Shown here: one piece after another, positions 8,761 to 18,600 of the stretch
Numbering within the stretch: the first letter of the stretch is position 1
Layout: every line of letters begins with the position of its first letter
Source of the DNA: Ostreococcus lucimarinus
Lineage: Eukaryota
NCBI GenBank assembly: GCA_000092065.1
Contig: CP000600.1
Strand: one strand, 5' to 3'
DNA: 64,000 bases
Notes under the pieces: generated by a model
Database searches by the model: none
The model's input: the letters and a program-made list of their open reading frames with translations, nothing else
What the model was told of the DNA's origin: nothing
Made by a program: the position numbers and the translations under genes

Positions 8761-10458
8761 ATGGGATTCACGGAGGGTTTTGAGATGCCGACGGTGGTGA
8801 TGGACGCGACGGCGCGGTCGTTCGAGGCGCTGGCGCCGAGGATCGACGCGGAGAGCGGGGTGACGCCGCTGAGCTTTGTGAAGCGCGCGGTGGAGCTGGC
8901 GCAGGACGCGATGGGATTGCTGAACGGTGAACGGCAGGAGACGGCGCTGCCGACGGGGGAGGTGGTGAGGGCGCTGGAGGATCCGGTGTATTTCGTGGAG
9001 AACATCGCGAACACGATATCGAGGGAGGCGGAGGCGGGGGCGATCATCGACGACCAGGAGTGGACCAAGGTGCTGAAATCCGTCGACGTCGACATCGGGT
9101 TGTTGCTCGCGTCTGTGGTGCTCATCGTGCCGCTGTTCAATCGCTTGAAGGTGAGCCCGGTTTTAGGGTTTTTGGGGATCGGTTTGGTGCTCAATCGCGC
9201 GGGATTGTTCATCGAGAATCAAGAGGTGGATCAGTTTTGCGAGCTCGGGATTCAGTTTTTGCTGTTTGAGATGGGTTTGGAGTTGTCGTCGAAGAAATTG
9301 AGCGGTTTGGCCAAGTACGCGTTCGGTCTCGGGCTCACGCAAGTGCTGTTCGTGAACTTGGCTTTCGCTTCCGCGCTCTTACCCGCGGGTGAGGCGCTCG
9401 GGACGAAGGTTTTGGAGTTTATCCAGCCCGGAAACGACGAAATGTTGCAAGTGAGCTCGGTTTTGGAAGCCGTCGTCATCGGTTTCGCGCTGTCGCTCTC
9501 GTCCTCGGCGTTCGGTTTGCAGCTCCTGGCCGATCGTAAGATGTTGACCACGAAATTCGGCACCGCGAGCCTGGGAGTGCTGCTGTTCCAGGATTTGGCG
9601 GTCGTGCCGTTCATCATCTTGTTGCCGGTGTTGCAGTCGTTCAAGAGCGGCGGCGCCGACGGCGGCGTCGACGTTCCCATCCTCGCCGCGGGTGGTGCGA
9701 CGTCTTTCCTCGATCTCGGGGTCTTAGCGTTCGGTGGTCGACAACTCACTCTGCTCGGCTTCCGCGCCATCTGCAGAGAAAATTGTACGAACGACGTCTT
9801 CGTCGCCATGTCGCTGTTGGTGCTCTTTGGATTTAGCTTCGCCACGAGCGCGATTGGATTTTCCGATTCTTTGGGCGCGTTTCTCGCGGGGATCATCCTC
9901 GCCGATACGCCGTACTCGCACACAATCATTCGCGAGCTTCAAGCGTTCAAAGGTTTATTCTTATCTTTGTTCTTTGTCACCATCGGTACCACGATTGACT
10001 TTCCGCTATTCCTCGACCTTTGGCCGATCGCGCTCGCCATGACGCTTACGCTGATGGCGAGCAAGACGGCCGTCATCACCGCTCTCGGTCCAGCGGTCGG
10101 TTTAACCTGGCGCGAAGCACTCGTCGCGGGGGCTTTTCTGTGTCAAGGCGGCGAATTCGCTTTCGTGATTTTCGGTCAAGCCACCTCTGGGTCGACGGGT
10201 TCGCTCTTCCCGATGGGATTGGACGAGCTTTTGGTCATCGTCGTCATCTTGTCCATGGCGCTCACGCCGTTGGCCGTCGACGCGGCGTTGGCCATCGCAG
10301 GTGCAGATTTTATGACGCCTGAGGCGACGGAGGACGAAGACGCGATCGACGTCGCGATTCAAGTCGAGGGGAACATGGAAGCGCTCGACATTGCGCGCAT
10401 GGGGAGCGATCGCATGGGCCAGTCGGTGGACGAGAGCGCGGACGGGGACAAGGTTTAA
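8761..10458 (+). CDS. KEA: K+ efflux antiporter (KEA), CPA2 family Na+/H+-exchanger domain. An alternative start at 8512 would add an R/A-rich putative transit peptide.
   Basis: TM region 'LLASVVLIVPLFNRLKVSPVLGFLGIGLVLNRAGL...LGIQFLLFEMGLELS' is typical of KefB/KefC/KEA. 12-13 TM helices and no C-terminal KTN domain (KEA4-6-like). Confidence 0.8.
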   Translation: MGFTEGFEMPTVVMDATARSFEALAPRIDAESGVTPLSFVKRAVELAQDAMGLLNGERQETALPTGEVVRALEDPVYFVENIANTISREAEAGAIIDDQEWTKVLKSVDVDIGLLLASVVLIVPLFNRLKVSPVLGFLGIGLVLNRAGLFIENQEVDQFCELGIQFLLFEMGLELSSKKLSGLAKYAFGLGLTQVLFVNLAFASALLPAGEALGTKVLEFIQPGNDEMLQVSSVLEAVVIGFALSLSSSAFGLQLLADRKMLTTKFGTASLGVLLFQDLAVVPFIILLPVLQSFKSGGADGGVDVPILAAGGATSFLDLGVLAFGGRQLTLLGFRAICRENCTNDVFVAMSLLVLFGFSFATSAIGFSDSLGAFLAGIILADTPYSHTIIRELQAFKGLFLSLFFVTIGTTIDFPLFLDLWPIALAMTLTLMASKTAVITALGPAVGLTWREALVAGAFLCQGGEFAFVIFGQATSGSTGSLFPMGLDELLVIVVILSMALTPLAVDAALAIAGADFMTPEATEDEDAIDVAIQVEGNMEALDIARMGSDRMGQSVDESADGDKV

Positions 10459-10559
10459 ATTATTCATCATCAAACGTAACTTCATGTTGTAGATTAGGAT
10501 ATTATAGAGAAAGTTCGTACAAGTGGTTAATACAATACAAACGGCATAATTCGACAACG

Positions 10560-11570
10560 CTACGCGCTCTCCGATTCCATGGACGAATTTTGCGCCGCGT
10601 AATCGAGGGTCGAGTTTTCCAGAGACGCCTCCATCTCCGCGATCTCGCGCTCGAGTTTTTCAACCTCCTCTGGAGATAAGTTACCAAGATCGCTCGACGC
10701 ATCGGTGGACTCGTCGCCGTCGTCCTCGTCGCCGTCGCTCGTCCGGATGAACGCGTGCAAGTCTCTGTTTTCGCGCTGCAACCGTTTGTTCTCGTGCGTC
10801 AGGGAAGACTTTTCACTCATCAACGCCTCCACCTGCGCGCGAAGCTGATCGACGAGCGCCACCATCTCCGGACTCGCTTTCGCCTCGCGCGCGACTTGTC
10901 GTTTCTGAAGAGCCAAGTTTTGACGCTTCAATTCCTCCGCGAGGCGCGTCGTCTCCCGCTCGCGCGCCTTCGCCGCGGCGACCTCTCGCCGCAACGCCTC
11001 CATCTCCAACGCGCTCGAATCGTCGTCCCGCGTCCCGAACGTCATCGCTCGCGGCGTTACGGGTACGTTTTCTTTCCCCGTCGGCGCTCTCGCGTTCGTC
11101 GTCGTAAACTTCGTTCTCGTCCATCCCTCGTCGTCGTCCTTCTTCCCGTCGTTCGCGTCCCACGAATCCGCCGCGCGGTCGAACACCTCCCCCAGATAAC
11201 TCGCCCCTCGCGTCAGCGCCGACACCGCCGCCGACGTCGCCCCGATCGATTTCACGATCATCGCGTCGATCGCGTCGTCCACCGCGCCCAGCGCGACCTC
11301 CGGCGTCGCCGTCGCGCCTCCGCGGCTTCGCGTCTTGCTCGGCGACCCGTCGTCGCGCGCGCGTCGCGTCTTCCCTCTCGCCCCGCCCCACGCGCTGTCC
11401 AGCGCCGCGCGCTGGAGCGCGTCGCCGTCGCGGCGTTTCTCACGCGTCGTCGTCCGCGACGCGAACCATCCGTCGTCGTCGTCGTCGCGTCGCGTCGTCG
11501 GCGTGCGATGCGTCGTTCGGCGTTCGTACCCCTCCGGCGTCATCATCGCGCTCGCGCCGCCTCGTCGCAT
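10560..11570 (-). CDS. Coiled-coil protein (hypothetical). Only the C-terminal ~335 aa of ORF 10560..12200 is proposed as real.
   Basis: C-terminal heptad coiled coil 'LEMEALRREVAAAKARERETTRLAEELKRQNLALQKRQVAREAKASPEMVALVDQLRAQVEALMSEKSSLTHENKRLQRENRDLHAF'. The first ~140 aa of the ORF is antisense to the Kazal gene at 11779..12249 and is discarded. Confidence 0.4.
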   Translation of the reverse strand: MRRGGASAMMTPEGYERRTTHRTPTTRRDDDDDGWFASRTTTREKRRDGDALQRAALDSAWGGARGKTRRARDDGSPSKTRSRGGATATPEVALGAVDDAIDAMIVKSIGATSAAVSALTRGASYLGEVFDRAADSWDANDGKKDDDEGWTRTKFTTTNARAPTGKENVPVTPRAMTFGTRDDDSSALEMEALRREVAAAKARERETTRLAEELKRQNLALQKRQVAREAKASPEMVALVDQLRAQVEALMSEKSSLTHENKRLQRENRDLHAFIRTSDGDEDDGDESTDASSDLGNLSPEEVEKLEREIAEMEASLENSTLDYAAQNSSMESESA

Positions 11571-11778
11571 CGCTTTCGGGGCTCGCGTTCGGCGCGCGCT
11601 TTCGGCTCGATCGCGCGGTTCGTCCTCGCGCGCTTCCCGCGCGTCGCGCGCGCGCGTCGCGATGCGTCGCCGCGCGCGCGCGTCGACGGACGTTGACGGG
11701 TGACGTTTCAAACACGGATCTCGAGATACGAAACGTCGTTCGTTCGTCGGGACGTCGACGCGAGAGGCGGACGCGTCG

Positions 11779-12249
11779 ATGTCGACGTCGACGGCGCTGA
11801 AACTGCTGGCGCTGCTGCTCGCGAGCGTCGCGCGCGACGCGCGGAGCGCGCGCGCGACGCCGGCGCCGGTGCGCGCGCTGGCGCCGATGGCGGTGGCGGC
11901 GGGGGCGGGAGACGGCGTCGCGAACGCGCTGGACGCGTGCCGGGCGCGGTGCGGCGACGAGGCGTTCGCGCCGGTGTGCGCGGCGAACGGGGCGGCGACG
12001 TACGCGAATAAATGTTGGGCGAACTGTGCGTTCGCGAGCGGACTGCTCGGGAGCGGCGCGCGCGTGAATTTCGTGGTGGACGGCGCGTGCGCGAATCCGA
12101 CGCGGTTTCGAAATCCCTCGTTCGCGTGCGCGACGGCGTGCGCGCAGGTGTACGAACCCGTGTGCGGCGAGAACGGGGTTTCGTACTCGAACGGGTGCAT
12201 CGCGGAGTGTTCAGGCGTGAGATACGTGCGCGGGTCGTGTCACGCGTGA
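11779..12249 (+). CDS. Secreted protein with two Kazal-type serine-protease-inhibitor domains.
   Basis: Signal peptide 'MSTSTALKLLALLLASVA'. Kazal 1 'CRARCGDEAFAPVCAANGATYANKCWANCA'. Kazal 2 'CATACAQVYEPVCGENGVSYSNGCIAEC' carries the (E)PVCGxNGxTYxNxCxxxC signature. Confidence 0.65.
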   Translation: MSTSTALKLLALLLASVARDARSARATPAPVRALAPMAVAAGAGDGVANALDACRARCGDEAFAPVCAANGAATYANKCWANCAFASGLLGSGARVNFVVDGACANPTRFRNPSFACATACAQVYEPVCGENGVSYSNGCIAECSGVRYVRGSCHA

Positions 12250-12312
12250 GCGCGGGCGCGATGACTTTTGTGATTACGAGGCGTTCGCGTTTACGAGGTC
12301 TCGAGGCGGACG

Positions 12313-13377
12313 CTACGGCTTAAACCGCCACGTCTTGACCGTTCCGTCGTCCGAGGCGGACATCAGGAGGGATGAATCGTGCGGAGACCACTGGACGTCG
12401 TTCACGTCGTCGTCGTGCGCGTTTTCCACGGTCACTATCTCTCGCCAAGTTCCATCAATCTCGGCGTACAGGCGAATGGAATTATCGCCCCCCCCCGCGG
12501 CGACGACGCCGTTCTTCCCCCACGAGCAGCTCAGCACCGCGCGATCGTGCCCGCACGCGAACCGCGCGCCGAACTCTAACTCCGTGTCACAAAACCCACG
12601 CCCGTTCCACACGATCAGCGCCCCATCGCCGCCGCACGTGACGCATCTCGTCCCCCGCGATCCGTCGTCCAGCGCTCGCGGCTCAAAGCTCGCGCACCAA
12701 ACCGTCCCCTCGTGTCCCTCCCCGTGCGCGCCGTCTTCCCCCCCCAGCACCTGCGCGCACGACCAGTCGTCCCCATCCGCGTCCTCTCTCCACACTCGCA
12801 CGCTCTCGTCGTAACTCACGCTCACCAGCACGTCCTCCGTCGGATGCCACGTCACTCGCTTGACGTCGCCGCCGTGTCCGTGCAGCGCCGCCGCGCACTC
12901 GAACTCCTCATCTCCGTACCGCTCCCACACCCACACCGTCCGATCGCGTCCGCACGTCGCCAGCAACGATCCCGACCGCGACCACGCGCACGATTTCACC
13001 TCGCTCTCGTGTCCCTCGACCGCGCACGCGCGCGTCCACCGCTCGTCGTCGCCGTCGCCGCCGCCGTCGCCGCCGCCGTCGCCGTCCTCGCCCCGTCCCT
13101 CGCGTCGGTGCACCGTCGTCGCGCCGTCGAACGACGCGACGGCGACGAGGCGTCCGCACGGCGACACCGCGCACGCGCGCGCCGCGCGGTCGCACTTTTC
13201 GAGCGTCTCGACGACGCGCCAGTTTCGACGCGTCGACGCGTCGGCGCGCACGCGCGCCGTCGCGCCCGAGGATTCGCACGCGAACGCGACGCCGGCGCGC
13301 GAGGGGTCGTGCGCGACCGCCCAGACCGCGCGCGGCCGGCGCAGGACGACGGCGTCGGCGTCCAGCGCGGGCGCCAT
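12313..13377 (-). CDS. CIAO1: CIAO1 (cytosolic iron-sulfur assembly component 1), WD40 protein.
   Basis: Seven WD repeats. 'GHESEVKSCAWSRSGSLLATCGRDRTVWVWE' and 'AHDDDVNDVQWSPHDSSLLMSASDDGTVKTWRF' match the CIAO1/Cia1 family. Start taken at 'MAPALDADAVVLRR...'. The upstream part of ORF 12313..13962 is arginine-rich artefact. Confidence 0.85.
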   Translation of the reverse strand: MAPALDADAVVLRRPRAVWAVAHDPSRAGVAFACESSGATARVRADASTRRNWRVVETLEKCDRAARACAVSPCGRLVAVASFDGATTVHRREGRGEDGDGGGDGGGDGDDERWTRACAVEGHESEVKSCAWSRSGSLLATCGRDRTVWVWERYGDEEFECAAALHGHGGDVKRVTWHPTEDVLVSVSYDESVRVWREDADGDDWSCAQVLGGEDGAHGEGHEGTVWCASFEPRALDDGSRGTRCVTCGGDGALIVWNGRGFCDTELEFGARFACGHDRAVLSCSWGKNGVVAAGGGDNSIRLYAEIDGTWREIVTVENAHDDDVNDVQWSPHDSSLLMSASDDGTVKTWRFKP

Positions 13378-13575
13378 GCCGAGAGATCGACGCGCGACGA
13401 CGAGTGCGGCACATCGCGACGCCGAGACGGCGTCGACGCGACGCGCGAGACGACGACGACGCGCGCGAAACATTCGCCCTCGTCGCGACGCGCACAGAGC
13501 GACGGACGCGCGCGGAGCGACGCGCACAGAGCGCGCGAGAGATTTGAATTTTAAATCATCGCGCAGCGCGGAAAG

Positions 13576-14346
13576 ATGACGGCGACGACGACGCCGGACG
13601 ACGCGATGGAGGACGCGCGTCCGTCGCGCGACCGCGGCGCGCGCGTCGCGGAGTTGCGGGCGTCGTTCGAGAGCGCGCTGCGGGCGTGCGCGGAGCCGCC
13701 GACGGCGCAGGTGGGTGGACGCGAGACGACGCGGTGGTTCCCCCGCGCGCGACGCGCGCGCGGATGAGGAAAGGAGACGCGCGAGGCGTCGCGAAGGCGC
13801 GAGGCGAGCGAGCGACGAGAGACGATGGAGGACTGACTCGCGATGCGATCGATCGGCGCGTCGGCGCAGGAATTCATACGCGCGTTTCCGGGGTTGAATC
13901 CGGCGCACCACGCGGCGCTGTACGACGCGTACGCCGAGGCGTTGAGATCCGTGGGGCGACACGCCGAGGAGGAATTCGAGGCGATCTGCGAGGAAGAGAG
14001 CGTGGAGGCGCGATTGAATGCGATCGATGCGCTGTGCGCGGAGCGAGGGGTGATGGATCTGGACGTCGCGTCGAACGCGGCGCGCGTGGCGTACTCGGGA
14101 AAGTCGCCGGATGAGGTGGCGCGGAACACGCGCGCCGAGGCGAAGCGAAAGGAGGCGGAGACGCTGCGCGAGGAGGCGGCGGCGCTCGAGATGGCGGCGC
14201 AGGAGACGATCGCCGCGTTAGAGGCGAAGCGCGAGGCGGTTCGGGCGGCGGCGACCGGGCTGAAGACTGGCACGCAGGGCGGCGACGTCGTGCAAGACGC
14301 GTCGACGCGGTGGGCGGCGCGAGCGCCGCAGCCGCTCAAGTCTTGA
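13576..14346 (+). CDS. Hypothetical small protein; candidate two-exon model join(13576..13710, 13870..14346).
   Basis: Same-frame ORFs 13576..13767 and 13843..14346 are separated by a GTGGGT donor at 13711, a 'ggactgac' branch point and a cgcag acceptor at ~13869. Alternative: single-exon ORF 13843..14346 only. Confidence 0.3.
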
Positions 14347-14414
14347 TCTAGTTTCAAATATTGTAACAATGTTTCCTACCTCCCTATCACTATCGCTAAT
14401 ACCGACTGATGCGG

Positions 14415-15509
14415 CTACAGCTTCGAGTCGCTCGCCGCGGCGAAGTACGAAGTCGCGTCGACGGCGGGCATCCATCCTCCGGGCGGCGGCGCGCCGACTT
14501 TGTCGATCAACACCGCCTCGACGCCGCGTCGGAAATCCGGGGCGTGGATGAACTTGACGATGAGAGCGTTGTCCATCGCTAAAACCCACTCCAGCGATTT
14601 CCCTCGCGATCGCCGCATGAGCTCTAAGGACACGCCCAGGCTCGTCGGCGACGCCTTGGCGACGCTCTCTCGGCACTCCGCGAAAAACGCTCGCTCCGCC
14701 TCGCTCTCCGCCGCGTCTTCTTTTCGCGCGATCTCGCGCGTGATATCATCCAGCGACATGGCGTCGTTCCCGAACACCTCGTCGATCATCGCGCGCCCGC
14801 GTTCGCTGGTCAAGTACGACGTCGCCGCCGGTTCGTCCCGCTCGCCGCTCGCCGCCGCGCGCGCTAAATCCTCCACGCTCGCCCCGCGCTCGAGCGCGTT
14901 CACGCGTTTCTCCGTCTCTCGATCCCAAACCTCCATCGTGACGTAATGCGTGGCGAGTCCGATGCGCTTGCAATCGATCCCTCGAACGCGCGCCCCCGTG
15001 AGGCTCAGGCACGTCGCGTACGCGTGCCCGCACAGCGCGTTCAAAAACCATCCCGCGCCCACGTCCGGGTACAGCCCGATCGCGCACTCCGGCATCGCAA
15101 ACACCGTCGCATCCGTCGCGACGCGCACGGGACAATAACAACTCAACCCCGCGCCGCCGCCCATGACGACGCCGTTCCACACGCACGCGCTCGGCTTGCG
15201 CAGCGCGTGCAGCGCCGCGTTCAGCGCGAACTCCCGATCGAAGAACGCGATCGCGCCGTCGACGTCGCCGCGAACCACCATTTCGCGAACGGCGCGAACG
15301 TCGCCGCCGGCGCAGAACGCGCGCGAGCCGTGGCCTCGCAGGAGGTAGCACGCCGCGGCGTCGTCGCGCTCGGCGCGCTGGAACAATTCGTGCAAACGCT
15401 CCACGGCGTCGCGGTTGAGGGCGTTGAGCGCGCGCGGGCGATCGATGGTGACGTGCACGACGTTGTTTACGAGCGTCGCGCGCACGGGCTCGGGCTCGGG
15501 CTCGGACAT
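14415..15509 (-). CDS. HIBCH: 3-hydroxyisobutyryl-CoA hydrolase (enoyl-CoA hydratase/crotonase superfamily).
   Basis: 'AFCAGGDVRA', 'NGVVMGGGAGLS', 'FAMPECAIGLYPDVGAGWFL' and the C-terminal 'SPTSLGVSLELMRR' match HIBCH (CHY1) signatures. Confidence 0.85.
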   Translation of the reverse strand: MSEPEPEPVRATLVNNVVHVTIDRPRALNALNRDAVERLHELFQRAERDDAAACYLLRGHGSRAFCAGGDVRAVREMVVRGDVDGAIAFFDREFALNAALHALRKPSACVWNGVVMGGGAGLSCYCPVRVATDATVFAMPECAIGLYPDVGAGWFLNALCGHAYATCLSLTGARVRGIDCKRIGLATHYVTMEVWDRETEKRVNALERGASVEDLARAAASGERDEPAATSYLTSERGRAMIDEVFGNDAMSLDDITREIARKEDAAESEAERAFFAECRESVAKASPTSLGVSLELMRRSRGKSLEWVLAMDNALIVKFIHAPDFRRGVEAVLIDKVGAPPPGGWMPAVDATSYFAAASDSKL

Positions 15510-15615
15510 CGCGCGCGTCGACGTGCGGACGGGCGGCGGGGCGCGCCCGGGGCCTTGGCGCGCGGGACGGGACGGGACGGCGACGACGCGCGAACGGCAC
15601 GGTTGCGATGAATGA

Positions 15616-18600
15616 TTAAAAGGCGCGCTTGGGGCGCTTCCTCAAGATGCGAGCGACGGGAGGCCGTGGACTCGGTTCGTCGCCGTCGCTGTCGCCGTCG
15701 GTGTCGAAATCAAAGGTGTGCTTGAGGGGAGAAAAGTCGGCGCGATCGCGCTCGGCTTTGGCGCGCTTCTTGGCGTCAGACGTGGGGATCTTGGACGTGA
15801 GCGCGATGAGCGGACCGGGAACTGGATTCACCGCCAAAGTGAGCGGATCGTTTGCGGCCACGCTCGGCATGGCGTGGAGCTCGTTCGCGCACATCATCTT
15901 GCGCTTCTTCGTTCGCTCGCCAGCGTTCGTCGTCGTCGTCGTCGTCGTCGCGGTGAGGTCTGATTTGGACGAGGAATGCGGCGGTGGGTTTTCCACGGGC
16001 GATGCGTCGTGCGTCGTGGGAGAAGGTTCCGATGAAGTGCGCTCGGCGGTTTCTTCCGTTTGCACGGCGGTTTCAGGCTCGTCAAAATCGTACGTTTGCA
16101 CGGCAATTTCGCGCCGCGGAGACTCACCAAAGTCGTCCGTCTGCACGGCGATTTCGCGCCGCGGCGATGCCGATACCGTTGGCTGTTTCGCTGACGCAGT
16201 GTATTCCGTCTGTGTTTGGACATCCTTCATCGGGGTTGAGGACTTCGATTGCGGCGAAGTCGCCTTCTCCATCTGAGCGTTCCCCTTCGTCGACTTGATA
16301 ATCGGTGCCGGACTCTGCACCTCGATTTCGTCCGTATCGACGTCGGGGTCGGCGTCCGGCACCAAGGTACCTTGGATCGATTCCTCTCGGTCATCGATGA
16401 CTGTGGTTTGTTCTTCCTCGCCGACTGTGATTTGTTCTTCTTCCTCGCCGACTGTGGTTTGTTCTTCTTCCTCGCCGACTGTGATTTGTTCTTCTTCCTC
16501 GACGGGTTCGATTTGATCTTCGTCTTCCTCGACGGGTTCGATTTGATCTTCGTCTTCCTCGACGGGTTCGATTTGATCTTCGTCTTCCTCGACGGGGACG
16601 ATTTGTTGCTCCGTCACCTCGATTGACTCTTCTTCATTCGCCTCCATCTCCGGCGCCGCGGGCGCTTCTGCGGGCATGTGTATCTGTAGAGGGAATTCAT
16701 CTAAACCAACATTGATACCATCGTCCGCAGCTTTGATCGCATCGGTAATAGCCGGACTTAAGACGGGCGGTTTCGTCAACTGGAAAGGAAGCGCACCGAT
16801 TTCTGAGAGCGCAATCAGCTTCTTTGCCTTTTCCGCCCTGGAGAGCGGCTCGCGAGCCTCTGAGCCAAGGATGAGACTCGTCACCGTCATGTGTGAATGC
16901 GCGAGTTTCACGTCTGGCGAGATCACAGTGAACATCGAAGGTTTCGCAACGCGTGCTCTAAATTCCGGCATGACTTGTTTCTTCACGTAAGGACTCATAC
17001 ACGTCAAGCATGCTTGCATGGCGTCTTCGCTCGCGATGAGAATGTAGGGCGTATAAAATTTCTCAATTTCTTTCGTCGCCTTTTCGATGATGAGATCATT
17101 CATCGTGCACGCTGTATGGGATATAGCGTTAATCACGTCCGTCATCATCGCCCTGACACCCTCCGGTGGCGGCACTTCAGTGGTCTCGTCCAACGGATGG
17201 AAGGCGCACATCAAACCAGCGGTGACTGACTTGAGTTGTCGATTTATCTCGATTTGAATGTTCTTCGTACATTCGAGCCAAAGACGCGTGGTACTCTCCC
17301 CAGCAACTTTCGCTGAATTCATGTACGCATATCTATGCGCCGGGCTCAACTTGAATTTAGTTAGCGCTAAATTGAAGAGCGCTCGCATCATGGCGCGCTT
17401 CGGATCATCTTCGGGGCCTGCGAGACTCGCAATCTGATTTTTCACCAAAGCGCCAAACATCAATTCGCCAGTACTTTGATCAGAGACGAGAGAGTGACAC
17501 CAAGCAGCATTGACACTCTCACAGACTTGGAATAATAATCCTCGAGGCTTTTGCGGCGTGTTTTTTCCGTTAAAGTTGAAGTAGAAAGTTGCCTCCAAGA
17601 CCTTTCCAAAGTAATCCACCGCCTCGATGATAAATCCACGCACGTCTGCTGGCGTTCGAATGTCATGGATGCGTTCCTCAGGCCTTAAATTTTTCGTCAA
17701 GACCTCACGCACGACTGCCGCGCGACCGTGCTTGATGGCATGAATATCAAGCGGCTCCATGGCTACTTTCATCGAGACCGCGATGACGCGAGTGCAAAAC
17801 TGGTGCGCTAGTTCATACACTCTTCTCGCCGCATAAGCGCCACCTTCGCCTAATCTGAACTCGATATCATCGTAAAATCCACGAAGAGAATCATCAGAAC
17901 ACGTTGGAAGCGCACAAAGCGGTTCGGCGGCGACGCAGAAAGCCTTGAGTACGTCGTGGACTCGTCGCGTCACGCGGCGCATCGCCTTCAACTGTCTTGC
18001 CCGCTTGAGCTCCTCCAGAGTGGCGTTCAAAGAACCATGACCGGTGATACTCTGCACATCAAACTTTTCAGGGTCCAAAACTTTGGCCCAAGACAGACGA
18101 AACTCGAGGAACTTCCAAGCTACCGCAATTACGGCGTTGGCTGTCTGCTTGAGCTCGCGAACACTTCCGGTTTGATCCATCAACATCTTCAGCAACTCGG
18201 CGCGGCGGACCGTGGCTATCTCTACTGTGTTTTCGTTGATGACTCGATCGATCGCCCATTGAATCTCTTCGTCCACTGGCGGGAAATCTTTTGCAAGTTC
18301 TTCCACGCTGACATCTCTACCGAGTTTACGCTTTAACAATGCGCTCGCACGTTTCAAAGTTGTCGCTGTGCTTCCCCAAATACGATCACCTTGAACGGCA
18401 TTTATGAAACGTCTAGTTGCTGGTCGAATCGCCAGTTGCTGCAAAAATCCACTTTTATGAAGCGACCGCACAATATCGCCCGTGACTTCACGCGAGTCGC
18501 CAAGGCAAATAACGGCGGCAGCGTTGCGCAAAGCGGCGACGAGATGCCTGTCTCGAGCGGGATCGGAATCGCCCGCACCGGGCGCATCGATCAGAACTAA

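Noticed and set aside
7425-8783. Long arginine/alanine-rich ORFs on both strands (452 aa +, 308 aa -) in the spacer upstream of KEA.
   Set aside because: Composition is dominated by R, A, S and P encoded by CGC/GCG/CGN repeats. Mutually overlapping ORFs appear in several frames with no recognisable domain. This is the expected artefact of a >65% GC, CG-dinucleotide-rich sequence.
11571-12200. N-terminal ~210 aa of the 546-aa minus-strand ORF 10560..12200.
   Set aside because: It is antisense to a gene with an unmistakable signal peptide plus two Kazal domains (11779..12249). The sequence is A/S/R-rich low complexity. The minus-strand gene more plausibly starts at the internal ATG near 11570.
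12908-13495. Several overlapping ORFs (12712..13554 +, 12860..13579 +, 12908..13495 -, 12996..13412 -) over the CIAO1 locus.
   Set aside because: All are R/S/A/P-rich with homopolymeric runs (RRRRRRRRR). CIAO1 in the remaining frame has seven recognisable WD repeats.
16380-16620. Regular short direct repeats that could superficially resemble a CRISPR array.
   Set aside because: Repeat units (27 and 30 nt) are contiguous with no unique spacers. They are in frame within a eukaryotic CDS and translate to acidic peptide repeats. The rest of the window has spliceosomal introns and eukaryotic genes.
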